This document shows positions 18,614 through 27,870 of a stretch of 44,537 nucleotides of DNA, piece by piece (position 1 is the first letter of the stretch; each line of letters opens with the position of its first letter). The stretch comes from a virus (lineage: Duplodnaviria > Caudoviricetes). The stretch spans positions 1-44,537 of the IMG/VR virus record IMGVR_UViG_3300043753_000013. One strand, 5' to 3'. The translations under genes and the position numbers were made by a program. Below the pieces are notes generated by a model, which ran no database searches, was not told where the DNA came from, and was given only the letters and a program-made list of their open reading frames with translations.

Positions 18614-19258
18614 CTAAAGACCAAGCTTGGCCCGGAGAGCTTCAGGCCCGTTCTCCAAGACGAAAGAGTTCACGTCGTGCCCCTCGGGCATCAGAACTGT
18701 CCTTGCCGACGAGACATCAGATCCGATCACGTGGGCCAGTTGCTGGCCCTCTCCAGAATCGTCATGGTCAGCCAGGACGAAGACTGCGTCATAGCCCTTG
18801 AAGCATCGGCCCCAAAAGCTCTTCCACGCCTTGACTCCGGGGATCCCTACGGCCGGTATGCCGGCCTGTACGGCGGTCATCGCGTCCATCTCCCCTTCGC
18901 AGATTGCGATATAGGGAGAGTCAATGTCCAGCGCTGGCGTATTGAACATACGCCGGCTTACACCGGATGGCCATTGGTATTTGTCGGTGTGGATCCCCTT
19001 GCAGTCCTCATGGACGATGCATCGGAATGAGGCCCCACAGACCCCGCCAAGAGTTTGATACGGGATGACGAGACGTCCGATGTACTGCTCATGCCCCGGA
19101 TAGGGGTCGACGACTACGCCGAGCTGAAAGGATTGAGCGCTGTCCGCGGACAGGCCGCGCTTCGTCAGATAGGCTTGCGCGGCGTCGCTGGACGGCAGAG
19201 CCGCCACGTATCTCTCCGCTGCTGAATTGTAGAGTTCCTTCAGCGAATTCGACGGCAC
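18614..19258 (-). CDS. DNA primase, TOPRIM part
   Basis: YL..RGL, RLVIPY, ICEGEMDA, GIPG and D.D..G...DVN motifs. Confidence 0.9.
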   Translation of the reverse strand: MPSNSLKELYNSAAERYVAALPSSDAAQAYLTKRGLSADSAQSFQLGVVVDPYPGHEQYIGRLVIPYQTLGGVCGASFRCIVHEDCKGIHTDKYQWPSGVSRRMFNTPALDIDSPYIAICEGEMDAMTAVQAGIPAVGIPGVKAWKSFWGRCFKGYDAVFVLADHDDSGEGQQLAHVIGSDVSSARTVLMPEGHDVNSFVLENGPEALRAKLGL

Positions 19259-19490
19259 TACGGAAATCGCAACTCTCCTCCCTCATGATGATGGCCCATG
19301 AGTCGCCAGAGGCGTCACAGACGAAGCACTGAAAATAGTTGGCTTCGAGGTTGATGCTTGCGGATGGATTCCGCTCCCGGTGAAACGGGCACCTGATCTT
19401 GATCCATCCCCAGCGCTCCGGCACCACCACATCCGGGTGATAGTGCCGGAGAACGTCTGCAATCGGAGGCTTAGTCGGCGACTCGCTCAT
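19089..19490 (-). CDS. DNA primase, CHC2 zinc-binding part
   Basis: CPFH.ERNPSAS.....F.CF.C...GD motif. Confidence 0.88.
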   Translation of the reverse strand: MSESPTKPPIADVLRHYHPDVVVPERWGWIKIRCPFHRERNPSASINLEANYFQCFVCDASGDSWAIIMREESCDFRSAVEFAEGTLQFSSGEIRGGSAVQRRRASLSDEARPVRGQRSILSARRSRRPLSGA

Positions 19491-19830
19491 ACTCGGAAGT
19501 CTTTACCCACCAAAGGCCGGATGGACCATTAGCCTCTACGGCGTAGTCCCCGTCAATTTCGACCACCTTGGCAATCTCGCCCTTCTTGAAGTGCGAGTTG
19601 CTCGGACGGTCGCTCAGGATCCGAATCTGATCCCCAACCTTCAGCGGCTCCGTATTCGCCTTAGCCGCTACTTCCTCTTCCTCGCCAGGGATCTCAACTA
19701 CAATGCGGCCCAACACGATCTGAATCGGGTAGTCATTCCCTGAGTGGCCGGATGCGCCGGCCACCGCATCACTGAGCCATCCGAGATCCGCAGTAGTCAG
19801 GTTCTCGCCCGCCAAACTGATGGTTATCAC
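19471..19830 (-). CDS. Hypothetical protein
   Basis: Operon packing; LKVGD.IRI SH3-like C-terminus. Confidence 0.6.
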   Translation of the reverse strand: MITISLAGENLTTADLGWLSDAVAGASGHSGNDYPIQIVLGRIVVEIPGEEEEVAAKANTEPLKVGDQIRILSDRPSNSHFKKGEIAKVVEIDGDYAVEANGPSGLWWVKTSEYERVAD

Positions 19831-20261
19831 TTGGAAGAATCCCCCTCAGAGTTGATGACCTCAACCGCAGAGACCCATCGGCACTTGTCGCCAAAATCAA
19901 CGTAGTAAGGCCAATCGGCGTCATCTGCATCGATATCGAGGAGACTCCCAAGTTGGCCACCGATGACGCCTCCACCTGCCGACTTTCCGATGGCTCGGAC
20001 GCGAACACCAATCTCCGGGCCCGCTTCAGCGGCCAAAACTGCGGGCGTCTTATAAGTCACGATTCCACTGCCGAGGTGCGCGAATCGGTGCTGATCGACC
20101 CCGGCCCGCTCAAGGGCCTGCCAGATTTCGCCCACAATCTCCCTTGCGCCAGCTCCATTGACGCGGCGATAGACGAGATCGAGCAGGAATGCTGCCTCAT
20201 CCTCATCAAGTATCAGGAGGTAGCTCTTCTGAACGACGGTCTTCTCTTCGGCGGTAGCCAT
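19827..20261 (-). CDS. Hypothetical protein
   Basis: Operon packing. Confidence 0.6.
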   Translation of the reverse strand: MATAEEKTVVQKSYLLILDEDEAAFLLDLVYRRVNGAGAREIVGEIWQALERAGVDQHRFAHLGSGIVTYKTPAVLAAEAGPEIGVRVRAIGKSAGGGVIGGQLGSLLDIDADDADWPYYVDFGDKCRWVSAVEVINSEGDSSK

Positions 20262-20476
20262 CAGCTCTCATTCCTCTCATCGAAGTACGCACCGATTACG
20301 GCATCGATCTTCGCCACATCGACCTTCGTTGCCGTGATGTTGCCGGCGTCCTTTCGGACGCCAGTCATGTGACGAACCATCATTCGCGCCTGGCGCGATC
20401 CGCCAGCGATAACGTGGGCATTGACGAATTCACCGGGCTGGACTTCGTCAGTCCTGGTCACGTAATAGAGCGCCAT
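20261..20476 (-). CDS. Hypothetical protein
   Basis: AAGGAG RBS; MALYYVTRTD... Confidence 0.6.
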   Translation of the reverse strand: MALYYVTRTDEVQPGEFVNAHVIAGGSRQARMMVRHMTGVRKDAGNITATKVDVAKIDAVIGAYFDERNES

Positions 20477-20477
20477 T

Positions 20478-20897
20478 TCAGGCCGTCTCCTTCTGGTAGT
20501 AGCGATCCCCGATGTGTTTCCGCGCCGGCGGCGCATCGAGATAGTCAGCAGCAGATCGGAGAACTTCGGGACGATCCCGCGCGGCAGTCAGTAGCCGCGA
20601 GTTGCACATGTTGCAGAGAAGACCGCGGACAAGGTTTGTCTTGTGATCGTGGTCGACGGCGAGTCGGTATCGCCGCTTACCGCGGCAGATAGCGCATGAG
20701 CCGCCTTGAGCGGCCAGTAGAGCGTCATACTCTCCGGGCCCGAGACCGTAGGTCTCCTGGACTCTCTGAGCGTGCCTGCCGGCTGATCTGGCCGCCTTTC
20801 GGCAGGCAGAGCAAGTATGACCCCGGGATGAGGTGAAGAATCTTTCAGCGCGATTCTTGCCGCACTTCTTACAGGGACGAGTTGATGTTCTCGTCAT
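20478..20897 (-). CDS. Endonuclease VII (Holliday junction resolvase-like)
   Basis: YGL...EY..L...Q.G.CAIC, LAVDHDH..G/NLVRGLLC..CN motifs. Confidence 0.92.
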   Translation of the reverse strand: MTRTSTRPCKKCGKNRAERFFTSSRGHTCSACRKAARSAGRHAQRVQETYGLGPGEYDALLAAQGGSCAICRGKRRYRLAVDHDHKTNLVRGLLCNMCNSRLLTAARDRPEVLRSAADYLDAPPARKHIGDRYYQKETA

Positions 20898-20998
20898 CGG
20901 CCCTTGATGGAGCCAAGGGCGACGAACAGGAAGAGCGCCACCAGCAACGCAACGGATCCGATGACAAATCCCAAGACGAAGAGAGCGAAGTCAATCAC
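20894..20998 (-). CDS. Small membrane protein (34 aa)
   Basis: Manual translation MIDFALFVLGFVIGSVALLVALFLFVALGSIKGR; 4-bp overlaps. Confidence 0.5.
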   Translation of the reverse strand: MIDFALFVLGFVIGSVALLVALFLFVALGSIKGR

Positions 20999-21132
20999 TT
21001 AGTGAAGTCCTTGCCGCGCTTGCGCTCGCTGCGAGCCTTCGCGCGCTTACCGGCGCGGTTCGTCGGGAACTTCGGCTTCGCCGGCTCCATCAGCTTCGCC
21101 ATTGCATCAGTCATCCAAATCTGATAGTCCAT
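20995..21132 (-). CDS. Small basic hypothetical protein (45 aa)
   Basis: AAGGAG RBS; manual translation. Confidence 0.5.
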   Translation of the reverse strand: MDYQIWMTDAMAKLMEPAKPKFPTNRAGKRAKARSERKRGKDFTK

Positions 21133-21140
21133 GATGCTCC

Positions 21141-21944
21141 TTAGCCAACAAGCTGCATCCGCTCCGGAATGTAGCTCAGTCGAATGACATTCCTTGCCGC
21201 GGGATCCGCCTTACCCCCGCGATTCTTTACCGCATTGACCCCGATGATCTGCCGACCGGAATCGATGTCGATCTGATCGCTCGCATTGTGCAGCGTCAGA
21301 ACGACTTCCGGGACTCGTCCGATCTGGCCCCGAAGGCCAGAGAGGGGAACGGGCACATTTCCGTCGTTGTAGGTCCCTTGCACGTGGTGCAATGCGATGA
21401 CTGCTGCCCCAGATTCACGGGCAATGTCGTGAAGGAAGTTGCTTGCCTCTTCGAGAGCGGCCGTGTCGGTTGCTCCGCCACCCATGTCGAGATTCGAGAT
21501 GTTGTCGACCACGATGAGTCTTGGCCACATCCCGTAGACCATGGCGTACGCCTTGAGCTCATCTTCGATGTCGTCTGGAGTCGGAGACGATTTGAAGTCG
21601 TAGCGGATGAAGTTGGCTTCGCTCAGCGTGGCATCGATGGTGTCCGTCTTGCCGTGAAGGATGGCATTCCCAATGTCCTCGGTTCGCCATCCGGTCAGCA
21701 TTGCTGCTGCCCGGCAGTACATCTCGAATCGATCGGAGTCAGCCGAAAAGTAGTAGGTCGGAACCTTAGCCTTCGTGGCTATCGTCTGGGCGAGGACAGA
21801 CTTGCCGATTCCAGGAGCGGCAGAGATCAGAGCGAACTGTCCCTGCCGGATAAAGATGCCGGCTTCCTCGAAAGACTGGAAGATCGTCGGGAGGGGTTTA
21901 CCAGCATCACCACGCTGGTTTTTGGCTTGCACGAGGGTTTCTAT
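21141..21944 (-). CDS. DnaB-like helicase (RecA-fold ATPase); start at ATA 21944 or GTG 21932
   Basis: Walker A AAPGIGKS, Walker B LIVVDN, LHH and VKNR.G motifs. Confidence 0.88.
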   Translation of the reverse strand: METLVQAKNQRGDAGKPLPTIFQSFEEAGIFIRQGQFALISAAPGIGKSVLAQTIATKAKVPTYYFSADSDRFEMYCRAAAMLTGWRTEDIGNAILHGKTDTIDATLSEANFIRYDFKSSPTPDDIEDELKAYAMVYGMWPRLIVVDNISNLDMGGGATDTAALEEASNFLHDIARESGAAVIALHHVQGTYNDGNVPVPLSGLRGQIGRVPEVVLTLHNASDQIDIDSGRQIIGVNAVKNRGGKADPAARNVIRLSYIPERMQLVG

Positions 21945-21962
21945 AGCGTCTCCCTCTGGGGT

Positions 21963-21987
21963 AAAGCCTGCCCTTTTCGGGGCAGGC
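21963..21987 (-). terminator. Stem-loop (terminator/attenuator) upstream of the helicase
   Basis: GCCTGCCCC-GAAA-AGGGCAGGC-TTT on the minus strand. Confidence 0.55.
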
Positions 21988-22001
21988 TGTCAAGCGTTGC
22001 G
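21988..22001 (-). promoter_or_regulatory. 14-bp operator/stoperator-like site
   Basis: Exact TGTCAAGCGTTGCG. Confidence 0.7.
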
Positions 22002-22017
22002 TTTGAAGCCAAAAAAA

Positions 22018-22554
22018 TTAGCCGTTCTCAGGCTTGCACTGACCGGGCCCCTGCGGGGCAGGGCAAACCCACATGCTGTACGGACGGCCATTCTTCTGAC
22101 TGGTGCCGCTCTTGTAGATGCGCTGACCGTGAGGACAAGTCGGGGTCGGCCCAACCCCGCCGGTCTGAGGCGGGGTTGCGTACTGCTGAGGCGGAGCGTT
22201 GTACTGCTGGGCAGGCATGCTGTACTGCTGCTGATCCGGCGCGGGAGCGCCGTAACCCGTGGTCGGATGCTGAGGCTGGTAAGCCTGCGGAACCGGAGGA
22301 GCCGCGGCGGGAGCCGCGGGAGCTGCCTCAGCCGGCAGACCGGCGCCAGCAAGGAAGCCCCCGCGGAAGTCGGTCAGCGCTCGGCCGACATCAACGCCGA
22401 CCCGAGCGACATCGCCGGTGAGACCAGCAAGCTCTTGGCCATTCGAAGCGCGCACGGTCAGCATGGGTGCGCCGGGAACCTCGGGGATCTTGAAGTTGAC
22501 ACTGATCGGGGCCTCGCTGTGCGAGGGAACGGGGACACCATAGGGATTCGTCAA
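22018..22554 (-). CDS. Pro/Gln-rich protein with C-terminal CPHG...C..C Zn-ribbon (possible ssDNA-binding/recombination protein)
   Basis: AGGAGA RBS then TTG; sits between the exonuclease and helicase as in related actinophages. Confidence 0.6.
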   Translation of the reverse strand: MTNPYGVPVPSHSEAPISVNFKIPEVPGAPMLTVRASNGQELAGLTGDVARVGVDVGRALTDFRGGFLAGAGLPAEAAPAAPAAAPPVPQAYQPQHPTTGYGAPAPDQQQYSMPAQQYNAPPQQYATPPQTGGVGPTPTCPHGQRIYKSGTSQKNGRPYSMWVCPAPQGPGQCKPENG

Positions 22555-22565
22555 GTTAGGTTCTC

Positions 22566-23378
22566 CTAACGGGAGTTGGGATCGTACTGGACACCGCCGA
22601 CGGCGGTGCACCACTGGGAGACGCCGCAGAGGTTGCGGCACTTGTCAGTAGGGTTCGGGACGAAAATGCCGGCCCTGACGCCGGCGTCCATCTGCGCGTA
22701 CCACGCGCCTACCCGCTCCGCGGTGTAGGGATGGAGATCAATGATGCCATCCGGCTTCGCCTTCTTGGCGAGCCAGAAGTCTCCCCAATAGGCCCTGATG
22801 CCGTACTCGGCCTCCAGTGCCAGATCATAGGTGGCCAACTGGAGAGGAGAGTTGTAGCTAGACCCAGTCTTCAAGTCTCTGACGACCGGCCGGCCGTCCT
22901 TCGTCACAATGACCTGATCGATATAGACGATAACAGGGACCTCTGACAGCGTGAACTCAATTTCTAGCTCAACCGCTAGGCGCCCATCGGGCGCGACCCA
23001 GATAGTTTCACCAGACTCTGACACGTAGTCAAGGTATCGAAGGACTTGGTCCTTGCCTTCATCGTATCGGAGTTCAATGTCGGTTTCCGGCCTGCGCCGG
23101 CCGCCTGTCATCCATACTGACAGATCGGGCTGACGCTCATAATCCTTCATGATGGACTCAGCCCATGCCGCCTCAAAGGCGGCGATGCACTCATCCGGGC
23201 TGAGGGTCCGTCCGGACCTCTCATACGCCTCTACAGCGGCATGGAATGCGGTGCCGTGAGTGAACCATGCCGCGGGTCGGCTTGGGGCCTTGACGACCCG
23301 TTCTAGCTCATATGCGGTCCCACAGCTAGCCCAAGATTTGAGCTGCGAGAAGGACCTTCGTTTCCGCGGTGCGAGCAA
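22566..23378 (-). CDS. Cas4/RecB-family PD-(D/E)XK exonuclease
   Basis: RSFSQ....C, GTAFH, E, ID, DLKTG, QL..Y and C..C.V...C motifs. Confidence 0.9.
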   Translation of the reverse strand: MLAPRKRRSFSQLKSWASCGTAYELERVVKAPSRPAAWFTHGTAFHAAVEAYERSGRTLSPDECIAAFEAAWAESIMKDYERQPDLSVWMTGGRRRPETDIELRYDEGKDQVLRYLDYVSESGETIWVAPDGRLAVELEIEFTLSEVPVIVYIDQVIVTKDGRPVVRDLKTGSSYNSPLQLATYDLALEAEYGIRAYWGDFWLAKKAKPDGIIDLHPYTAERVGAWYAQMDAGVRAGIFVPNPTDKCRNLCGVSQWCTAVGGVQYDPNSR

Positions 23379-23685
23379 GCGCTACCCCCTTCTGATAGGT
23401 CCACAAGTAGTAGATCTTGCAATTCCGAGCCTGATGGCCGAAGCCGTTTGGCGCGCTCTCCGCGCGCTCGAAGGTGACGTCATCTGGGAGGAGCGCCATC
23501 ATCTCGGCGAGATCCTCAGCTTCCGTGTGCTCACTGACCATGAGCCAGTAGCAGCTAGCGTGCATGTACCTGACGACAATCAGGCGTCCCCATGGTGGGT
23601 TGTCATAGATGATGGTCGCGCCGGCCTCAGGACCGGCGTGTTTGCGAACTAGATCCTCCATGGTCACGCGCTGTTCGTCGGTCAT
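23326..23685 (-). CDS. Hypothetical protein
   Basis: First ORF downstream of a leftward promoter. Confidence 0.5.
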   Translation of the reverse strand: MTDEQRVTMEDLVRKHAGPEAGATIIYDNPPWGRLIVVRYMHASCYWLMVSEHTEAEDLAEMMALLPDDVTFERAESAPNGFGHQARNCKIYYLWTYQKGVALARTAETKVLLAAQILG

Positions 23686-23768
23686 ACTGCCCACATGCCC
23701 CCCTCTGTGAAGGTGTGACACCAGCTCCACGCAAGCGGAAGGCACCTTGCATGTTCGGCGTGATCAAG

Positions 23769-23804
23769 ATCATACGTTGATCACTGCGGATGTCAAGCGT
23801 TGCG
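23769..23804 (-). promoter_or_regulatory. Leftward promoter TTGACA-N16-TATGAT overlapped by a 14-bp operator
   Basis: -35 at 23791-23796, -10 at 23769-23774, operator at 23791-23804. Confidence 0.65.
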
Positions 23805-23874
23805 TTAAATGTCAACAATTTGGGCCAGTCGGCATGTAGCCGCTGGCCCTGGGCTGTTCGGGTTCGCTTGCTTC

Positions 23875-24411
23875 CTACCACAGCTCCGGAATGGTGACCG
23901 TCAAGTTCTCCGGCAGGGAGAGCACTGCACGTTGGATGGGAGTTATTGGCGGTGCATCGTCAGGCCACCGAATCACCAGCCGGCCATCCGCGGCGGTCCG
24001 CGGCACGTACTCCAGCCTGAGACCCGGAGGCGATTCCGCCTCAACCGCGGTCAGGATACGTCCCTGGCGAAGAGTCGTCCACCAGCTTTTCAGGCGCATC
24101 TCCCTGTATCCCCCCGCAAGGGGATTCTTCACATCATCAGGGGCTTCTAGATTAACCTGACGCCGAATGTGCGCATAGAGCATCAATGCCGGCGCGTCAG
24201 AAAGATACTTTCGCCCAATCTGCCAAGGCAGATATTTGGAATAGTCCAAGGCTGCATTTCCGCCATGTGGCCTATTCATGCCTGCAAAGCGACGGCTAAC
24301 ATTCGACTTGTTAACGCCGTACTTTGCCGCAATTTCTCCGTACGACAGGCCATCAATGTAGTGATCGCGCAGAAGGGCACTATCCTCCGGAAGCTTGCTT
24401 GGCATGGGCAT
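23875..24411 (-). CDS. Immunity repressor (L5 gp71-like HTH)
   Basis: HTH GLSYGEIAAKYGVNKSNVSRR, LPW, RL..W and YVPR...DG.LVIRWP motifs; beside attP and integrase. Confidence 0.8.
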   Translation of the reverse strand: MPMPSKLPEDSALLRDHYIDGLSYGEIAAKYGVNKSNVSRRFAGMNRPHGGNAALDYSKYLPWQIGRKYLSDAPALMLYAHIRRQVNLEAPDDVKNPLAGGYREMRLKSWWTTLRQGRILTAVEAESPPGLRLEYVPRTAADGRLVIRWPDDAPPITPIQRAVLSLPENLTVTIPELW

Positions 24412-24488
24412 TGGAGTGAGGCCCCTCAAATCGACTCGGAGTATTGGCATGGCTACCTGAAGACAGTAAAGCCTGCCTGACAATCTCC

Positions 24489-24502
24489 TGTCAAGCGTTG
24501 CG
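24489..24502 (-). promoter_or_regulatory. 14-bp operator upstream of the repressor
   Basis: Exact TGTCAAGCGTTGCG. Confidence 0.7.
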
Positions 24503-24799
24503 CTATGCGAGTAGCTCGTTACGAGCTAAGAGGACGTCAAGAGATCACCAAACCCGAACATGGGTTCGATGGGGACGGCTGGCATATGCCACGATGTTGC
24601 TCTATGTCATGTGATCGTTACGGAATGGCAAAGCCTTGATGGGGCCTTAAGGGATCATGGTCGCCAACTTGGATCTTGCTTGCGGCGCGCCTAGGCCGGC
24701 GGACAGCCCGTTCCCCGAGCTAGCCATGAGCCTTGGGGGCGGCCAAACCGGCCCTGACCTGCGGAAACGCACTATGCACATCTTTGCTTGACATGGCAC

Positions 24800-24846
24800 C
24801 AGTGGATTGATAGAAGTCATAAGTGACAGGATGCGTATCCCACACT
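24800..24846. other. Predicted attP (crossover near 24821-24823)
   Basis: Point where yyaL similarity stops abruptly (SCH|L*); imperfect dyad GTCAT-AA-GTGAC; adjacent to the serine integrase. Confidence 0.6.
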
Positions 24847-24972
24847 CAAGAGGATGGGCACATCCCGCCGCTTAGCTTCTTCGATCGCCTCCTCTCCCCA
24901 TGGCCACCAGTCCACTGGGTTGGTGGCGTGCTGGAGAAGGTATGGCGACGTCGCGTTCGCGAGTCGATTCAT
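24817..24972 (-). pseudogene. yyaL: 5' fragment (51 codons) of host thioredoxin-domain gene yyaL/DUF255; probable gene-restoring segment
   Basis: [50 protein letters not shown] matches the conserved YyaL N-terminus up to the CHWC motif. Confidence 0.85.
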
Positions 24973-25000
24973 AGCGCCAGTCTGGCATAGGAGGGGACCT

Positions 25001-26695
25001 TTGACCGGTAAGCCAAGCGCGAGTCCAGATGATCCCGATGCCGCCTTCGCGGCAGCCCTCACGGAGCTGTCGAGTCGGACGGCTCCCGCCAAGCCTGACA
25101 GCGACCCCCTCATCGACATGCAGGAGCGTGGGGTCCCTGCCGGCTTGCCCACCCCTGAAGAGTGCATCAATCAGGGGATCATCTGCCTCATCGCCTATGC
25201 GCGGATCTCCGACACTCGGAAGAAGGGCGATAAGAAGGGAGTCGAAAATCAGCATGCCACCTGTCGCGACATCGTACGTGGACACAAGCATTCGAAGCTC
25301 CTAATCGTTCGACGCTACACAGACAACGATCTGTCTGCGGCAAAGGATGACTACCGAGCCGACTTCGAATCGATGCTTGCGGATCTAAACCGCGGCATAA
25401 CCGAGACCGGACATCCCGTCGGCGGAATCATATGCGTTGACGAAGACCGGATCTATCGCCTCCCCTCTCAATGGGAGCGTTTCGTAAATGCCTTCCGGTC
25501 GCGGACAGCACGGTTCTACGTCGATGACGCCGGAACGCAGGATCTCTACGCGGAAGGCGCCGAGATTCGCGGCCTCATGAACGTTGCCATCAGCATGGGC
25601 GAGATCCGAAAAAAGAAGAGTCGGACCCGTCGTTGGCACGCCGGACAGGCGCGCCGCGGAATACCTCACACCGGAGGCCGGCCCTTTGGCTGGCGCGAGG
25701 GCGGAATGGAGCTGGAACCGGAAGAAGCCAAGGTCACCAAAGAGGCCATCAAGCTCTGCAAGGCCGGCGCCCAATGGGCCACAATTCGAAATCTCTACGA
25801 AAAGTCAGGGATTCCCACGCGAAAAGGCGGCCCTTGGCGCGTGCAGACCGTAAAACAAATAGTGGTCAGTCCGCGCAATGCCGGGCTTCGAACGATCAAC
25901 GGGGAACTCTACCGAGATGAGGACGGTAGTTACAAGATTGGCGAATGGGAGCGCCTTTGTGAGCCCGCTGACATGGAGGAGGTATGGGAGCGTTATAAGC
26001 CCAGGGTCCGGAAACCCAAAAGCCTTCTCCCCACGGCCGACGACCAAAAGCAGCGCGCTGCTGGGCAGCTGCACGACAAGGCGACCAAATACCTCCTTTC
26101 GCATCGTGTGCGGTGCGGAAAAGTTCGGGACGACACAAGGCGTCCTTGCCTCACCCCAATGAGGGGGACCGTCGACAGCAAGGGGGTTGCTGGCTACCGC
26201 TACGTATGCCCCCCCAAAAGTGAGGGCGGCTGTGGCGGAACTGGCCGGCACGGGCCAAAGCTTGACGATCTCATCGTCAGTCTCGTATTGGCGAGGATGA
26301 AGGAAAGGGCGGCTGTTCAGCACGACAGCGCCCCGTGGGACAAGGAAAACGAGCTCTCATCCAAAGAGGCCCAGCTAGACACACTAAACACCCGCTGGCT
26401 TTCGCCAGCCAGCGAAGAGGAACGCATCTCGGATGAGCGGTATTTCAAGCTCTCGGGACTCCTGGAAGACCAGGTTCGCGCTCTTAGGGCGGAAAAGAAG
26501 GCTTGGGATCTGTCCAACGTATCCAAGCGAACCAAAGCCGCAGATGTGGAACGTCACTGGAACTACGATCTAGACCTTCGACAGAAGCGCGCCGTGATAG
26601 CCGAGATGTTCCAAGAGATCATCGTTCTTCCCGCCGGTCGCGGAAGCACGGTGTTCAGGCCAGAGCTCATCAAGGTTCTATGGCGGGAAGACTAG
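25001..26695 (+). CDS. int: Large serine integrase
   Basis: YARISD catalytic Ser, DND.SA, R..F..ML and DR..R motifs, recombinase domain, Zn-ribbon, coiled coil; AGGAGGGG RBS before TTG 25001. Confidence 0.93.
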   Translation: MTGKPSASPDDPDAAFAAALTELSSRTAPAKPDSDPLIDMQERGVPAGLPTPEECINQGIICLIAYARISDTRKKGDKKGVENQHATCRDIVRGHKHSKLLIVRRYTDNDLSAAKDDYRADFESMLADLNRGITETGHPVGGIICVDEDRIYRLPSQWERFVNAFRSRTARFYVDDAGTQDLYAEGAEIRGLMNVAISMGEIRKKKSRTRRWHAGQARRGIPHTGGRPFGWREGGMELEPEEAKVTKEAIKLCKAGAQWATIRNLYEKSGIPTRKGGPWRVQTVKQIVVSPRNAGLRTINGELYRDEDGSYKIGEWERLCEPADMEEVWERYKPRVRKPKSLLPTADDQKQRAAGQLHDKATKYLLSHRVRCGKVRDDTRRPCLTPMRGTVDSKGVAGYRYVCPPKSEGGCGGTGRHGPKLDDLIVSLVLARMKERAAVQHDSAPWDKENELSSKEAQLDTLNTRWLSPASEEERISDERYFKLSGLLEDQVRALRAEKKAWDLSNVSKRTKAADVERHWNYDLDLRQKRAVIAEMFQEIIVLPAGRGSTVFRPELIKVLWRED

Positions 26696-26819
26696 GAGGG
26701 GAATTCCACCCCAACTACTTTCCCTATACGGTCCCACTTTTTCTGATCCCACGTCGGAGCCGTTTGAAGCGCATTGGCTACCCAAACGGCCCATGGGTCT
26801 CGGTCCTTCATGGGTAGGT

Positions 26820-26846
26820 CGGGCGCCCCCGAGGGGGCGCCCGTTT
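26820..26846. terminator. Terminator between convergent int and early arm
   Basis: CGGGCGCCCCC-GA-GGGGGCGCCCG-TTT. Confidence 0.75.
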
Positions 26847-26849
26847 CCA

Positions 26850-27497
26850 TTAGCTCCACATTCCCTCAGGCCCAATCTGATCTGACTGGCCGGCGGCCTC
26901 TCGGTCAACCGGCATGATGGCCCCGATGAACGTCTCCCCGATCTTCACGAGAATCGGCTCCGCAGGATCTGCGATGTAGAGATCGGCGATCGTCTCGCCG
27001 GAATGCTTCACCTTCCCGAACCGCGCCATAAGCGCGGGATCAATCAGAAGAGCCTCAGGGATGGCTGGAGAGACGCGCTCAAGGCGCGTCAGCATCCCGT
27101 CTACCCGATTCCAGAGATCGGCCGGCTGACGCTGGCCTGAGGCATCGAGGAACGGCATCCATGCATCGTTCTCATCCTCAACCGACATGCCGTCGCCATG
27201 TCGGATCTGGAGCCGGACCTCTTCCTTCTTCTTTCCCCGCGCAATCTTGTCCAGCGTTAGAAGGTCTTCGCGGGAGAGATCGATAGAGACAACTGGAGAC
27301 GAGTCGGACGTCTCGAATACTGAGTGATCTCGACCAGTCGAGTAGAGATCCGTTGCCGTGATCTGGAGGTAGCCGATAGTCCCATTCATTGCGAATGTGA
27401 CCCGACACACCTTCGCCGCAGACCTTGCCGGCATGAACGCAAGCGCATTGTGCGTAAGCCTCGCAAGCTCAGGCGCTGCAATCGAGAACTGAATCAT
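26850..27497 (-). CDS. Sliding-clamp (beta subunit)-like protein
   Basis: L..TATD.Y motif and C-terminal P..VKIG..F.G.IMPV, like phage beta-clamp-like proteins; about 215 aa. Confidence 0.55.
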   Translation of the reverse strand: MIQFSIAAPELARLTHNALAFMPARSAAKVCRVTFAMNGTIGYLQITATDLYSTGRDHSVFETSDSSPVVSIDLSREDLLTLDKIARGKKKEEVRLQIRHGDGMSVEDENDAWMPFLDASGQRQPADLWNRVDGMLTRLERVSPAIPEALLIDPALMARFGKVKHSGETIADLYIADPAEPILVKIGETFIGAIMPVDREAAGQSDQIGPEGMWS

Positions 27498-27870
27498 CCG
27501 GCCAGTCACTCTCCCACCCAATAGAGCTGTCATCAGTCCAGGGGATCTCTTCGAGTCCGAGATCAAATGCCGCAGCAATCCGATGATGGCCGTTGTGAAC
27601 TTCGCGGCCATAGATGAGGACCGGGATTCCGATTCCGTGATGACGAATCGAGTCCATGAGGTCTTCGTAATGGGAGTCGCTTCGCTTGATCTCCAGGACG
27701 TCACGGACTGTAGAAATCTGTTCGAAGCTTCGGGAGCCACAGCACCAAAGCGTGTCAAACCAGCTATTGATCCTGGCAAGCTGCCCGCATCCGGTGCATC
27801 GGTCGTAGGCGCCAGCATCGCCGGCCTGAAAGTCCAGCACCTCCGAGAGAAGGATCATTCCGATCGTCAC
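27469..27870 (-). CDS. ParB/Srx-like N-terminal domain protein
   Basis: L.DSIR..GI..PV......NGHHR..AA..LG...IP motif. Confidence 0.75.
   Translation of the reverse strand: MTIGMILLSEVLDFQAGDAGAYDRCTGCGQLARINSWFDTLWCCGSRSFEQISTVRDVLEIKRSDSHYEDLMDSIRHHGIGIPVLIYGREVHNGHHRIAAAFDLGLEEIPWTDDSSIGWESDWPDDSVLDCSA

Noticed and set aside
21288-22421. 377-aa plus-strand ORF
   Set aside because: Antisense to the helicase and neighbouring gene; low complexity; no motif
22566-23378. Cas4-like gene as part of a phage CRISPR-Cas system together with the mini-array
   Set aside because: Solo Cas4/RecB-like exonucleases are routine replication-arm genes in these phages; it is 13 kb away and no other cas genes are present
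24854-25000. N-terminal extension of the integrase from ATG 24854
   Set aside because: Overlaps the yyaL fragment on the opposite strand; a strong RBS supports TTG 25001
24973-25170. Upstream extension of the yyaL-like ORF
   Set aside because: Antisense to int; YyaL similarity begins at the Met at 24972
27498-27818. N-terminal extension of the clamp-like ORF
   Set aside because: Overlaps the ParB-like gene in another frame; the ATG at 27497 has an upstream GGGAGAG
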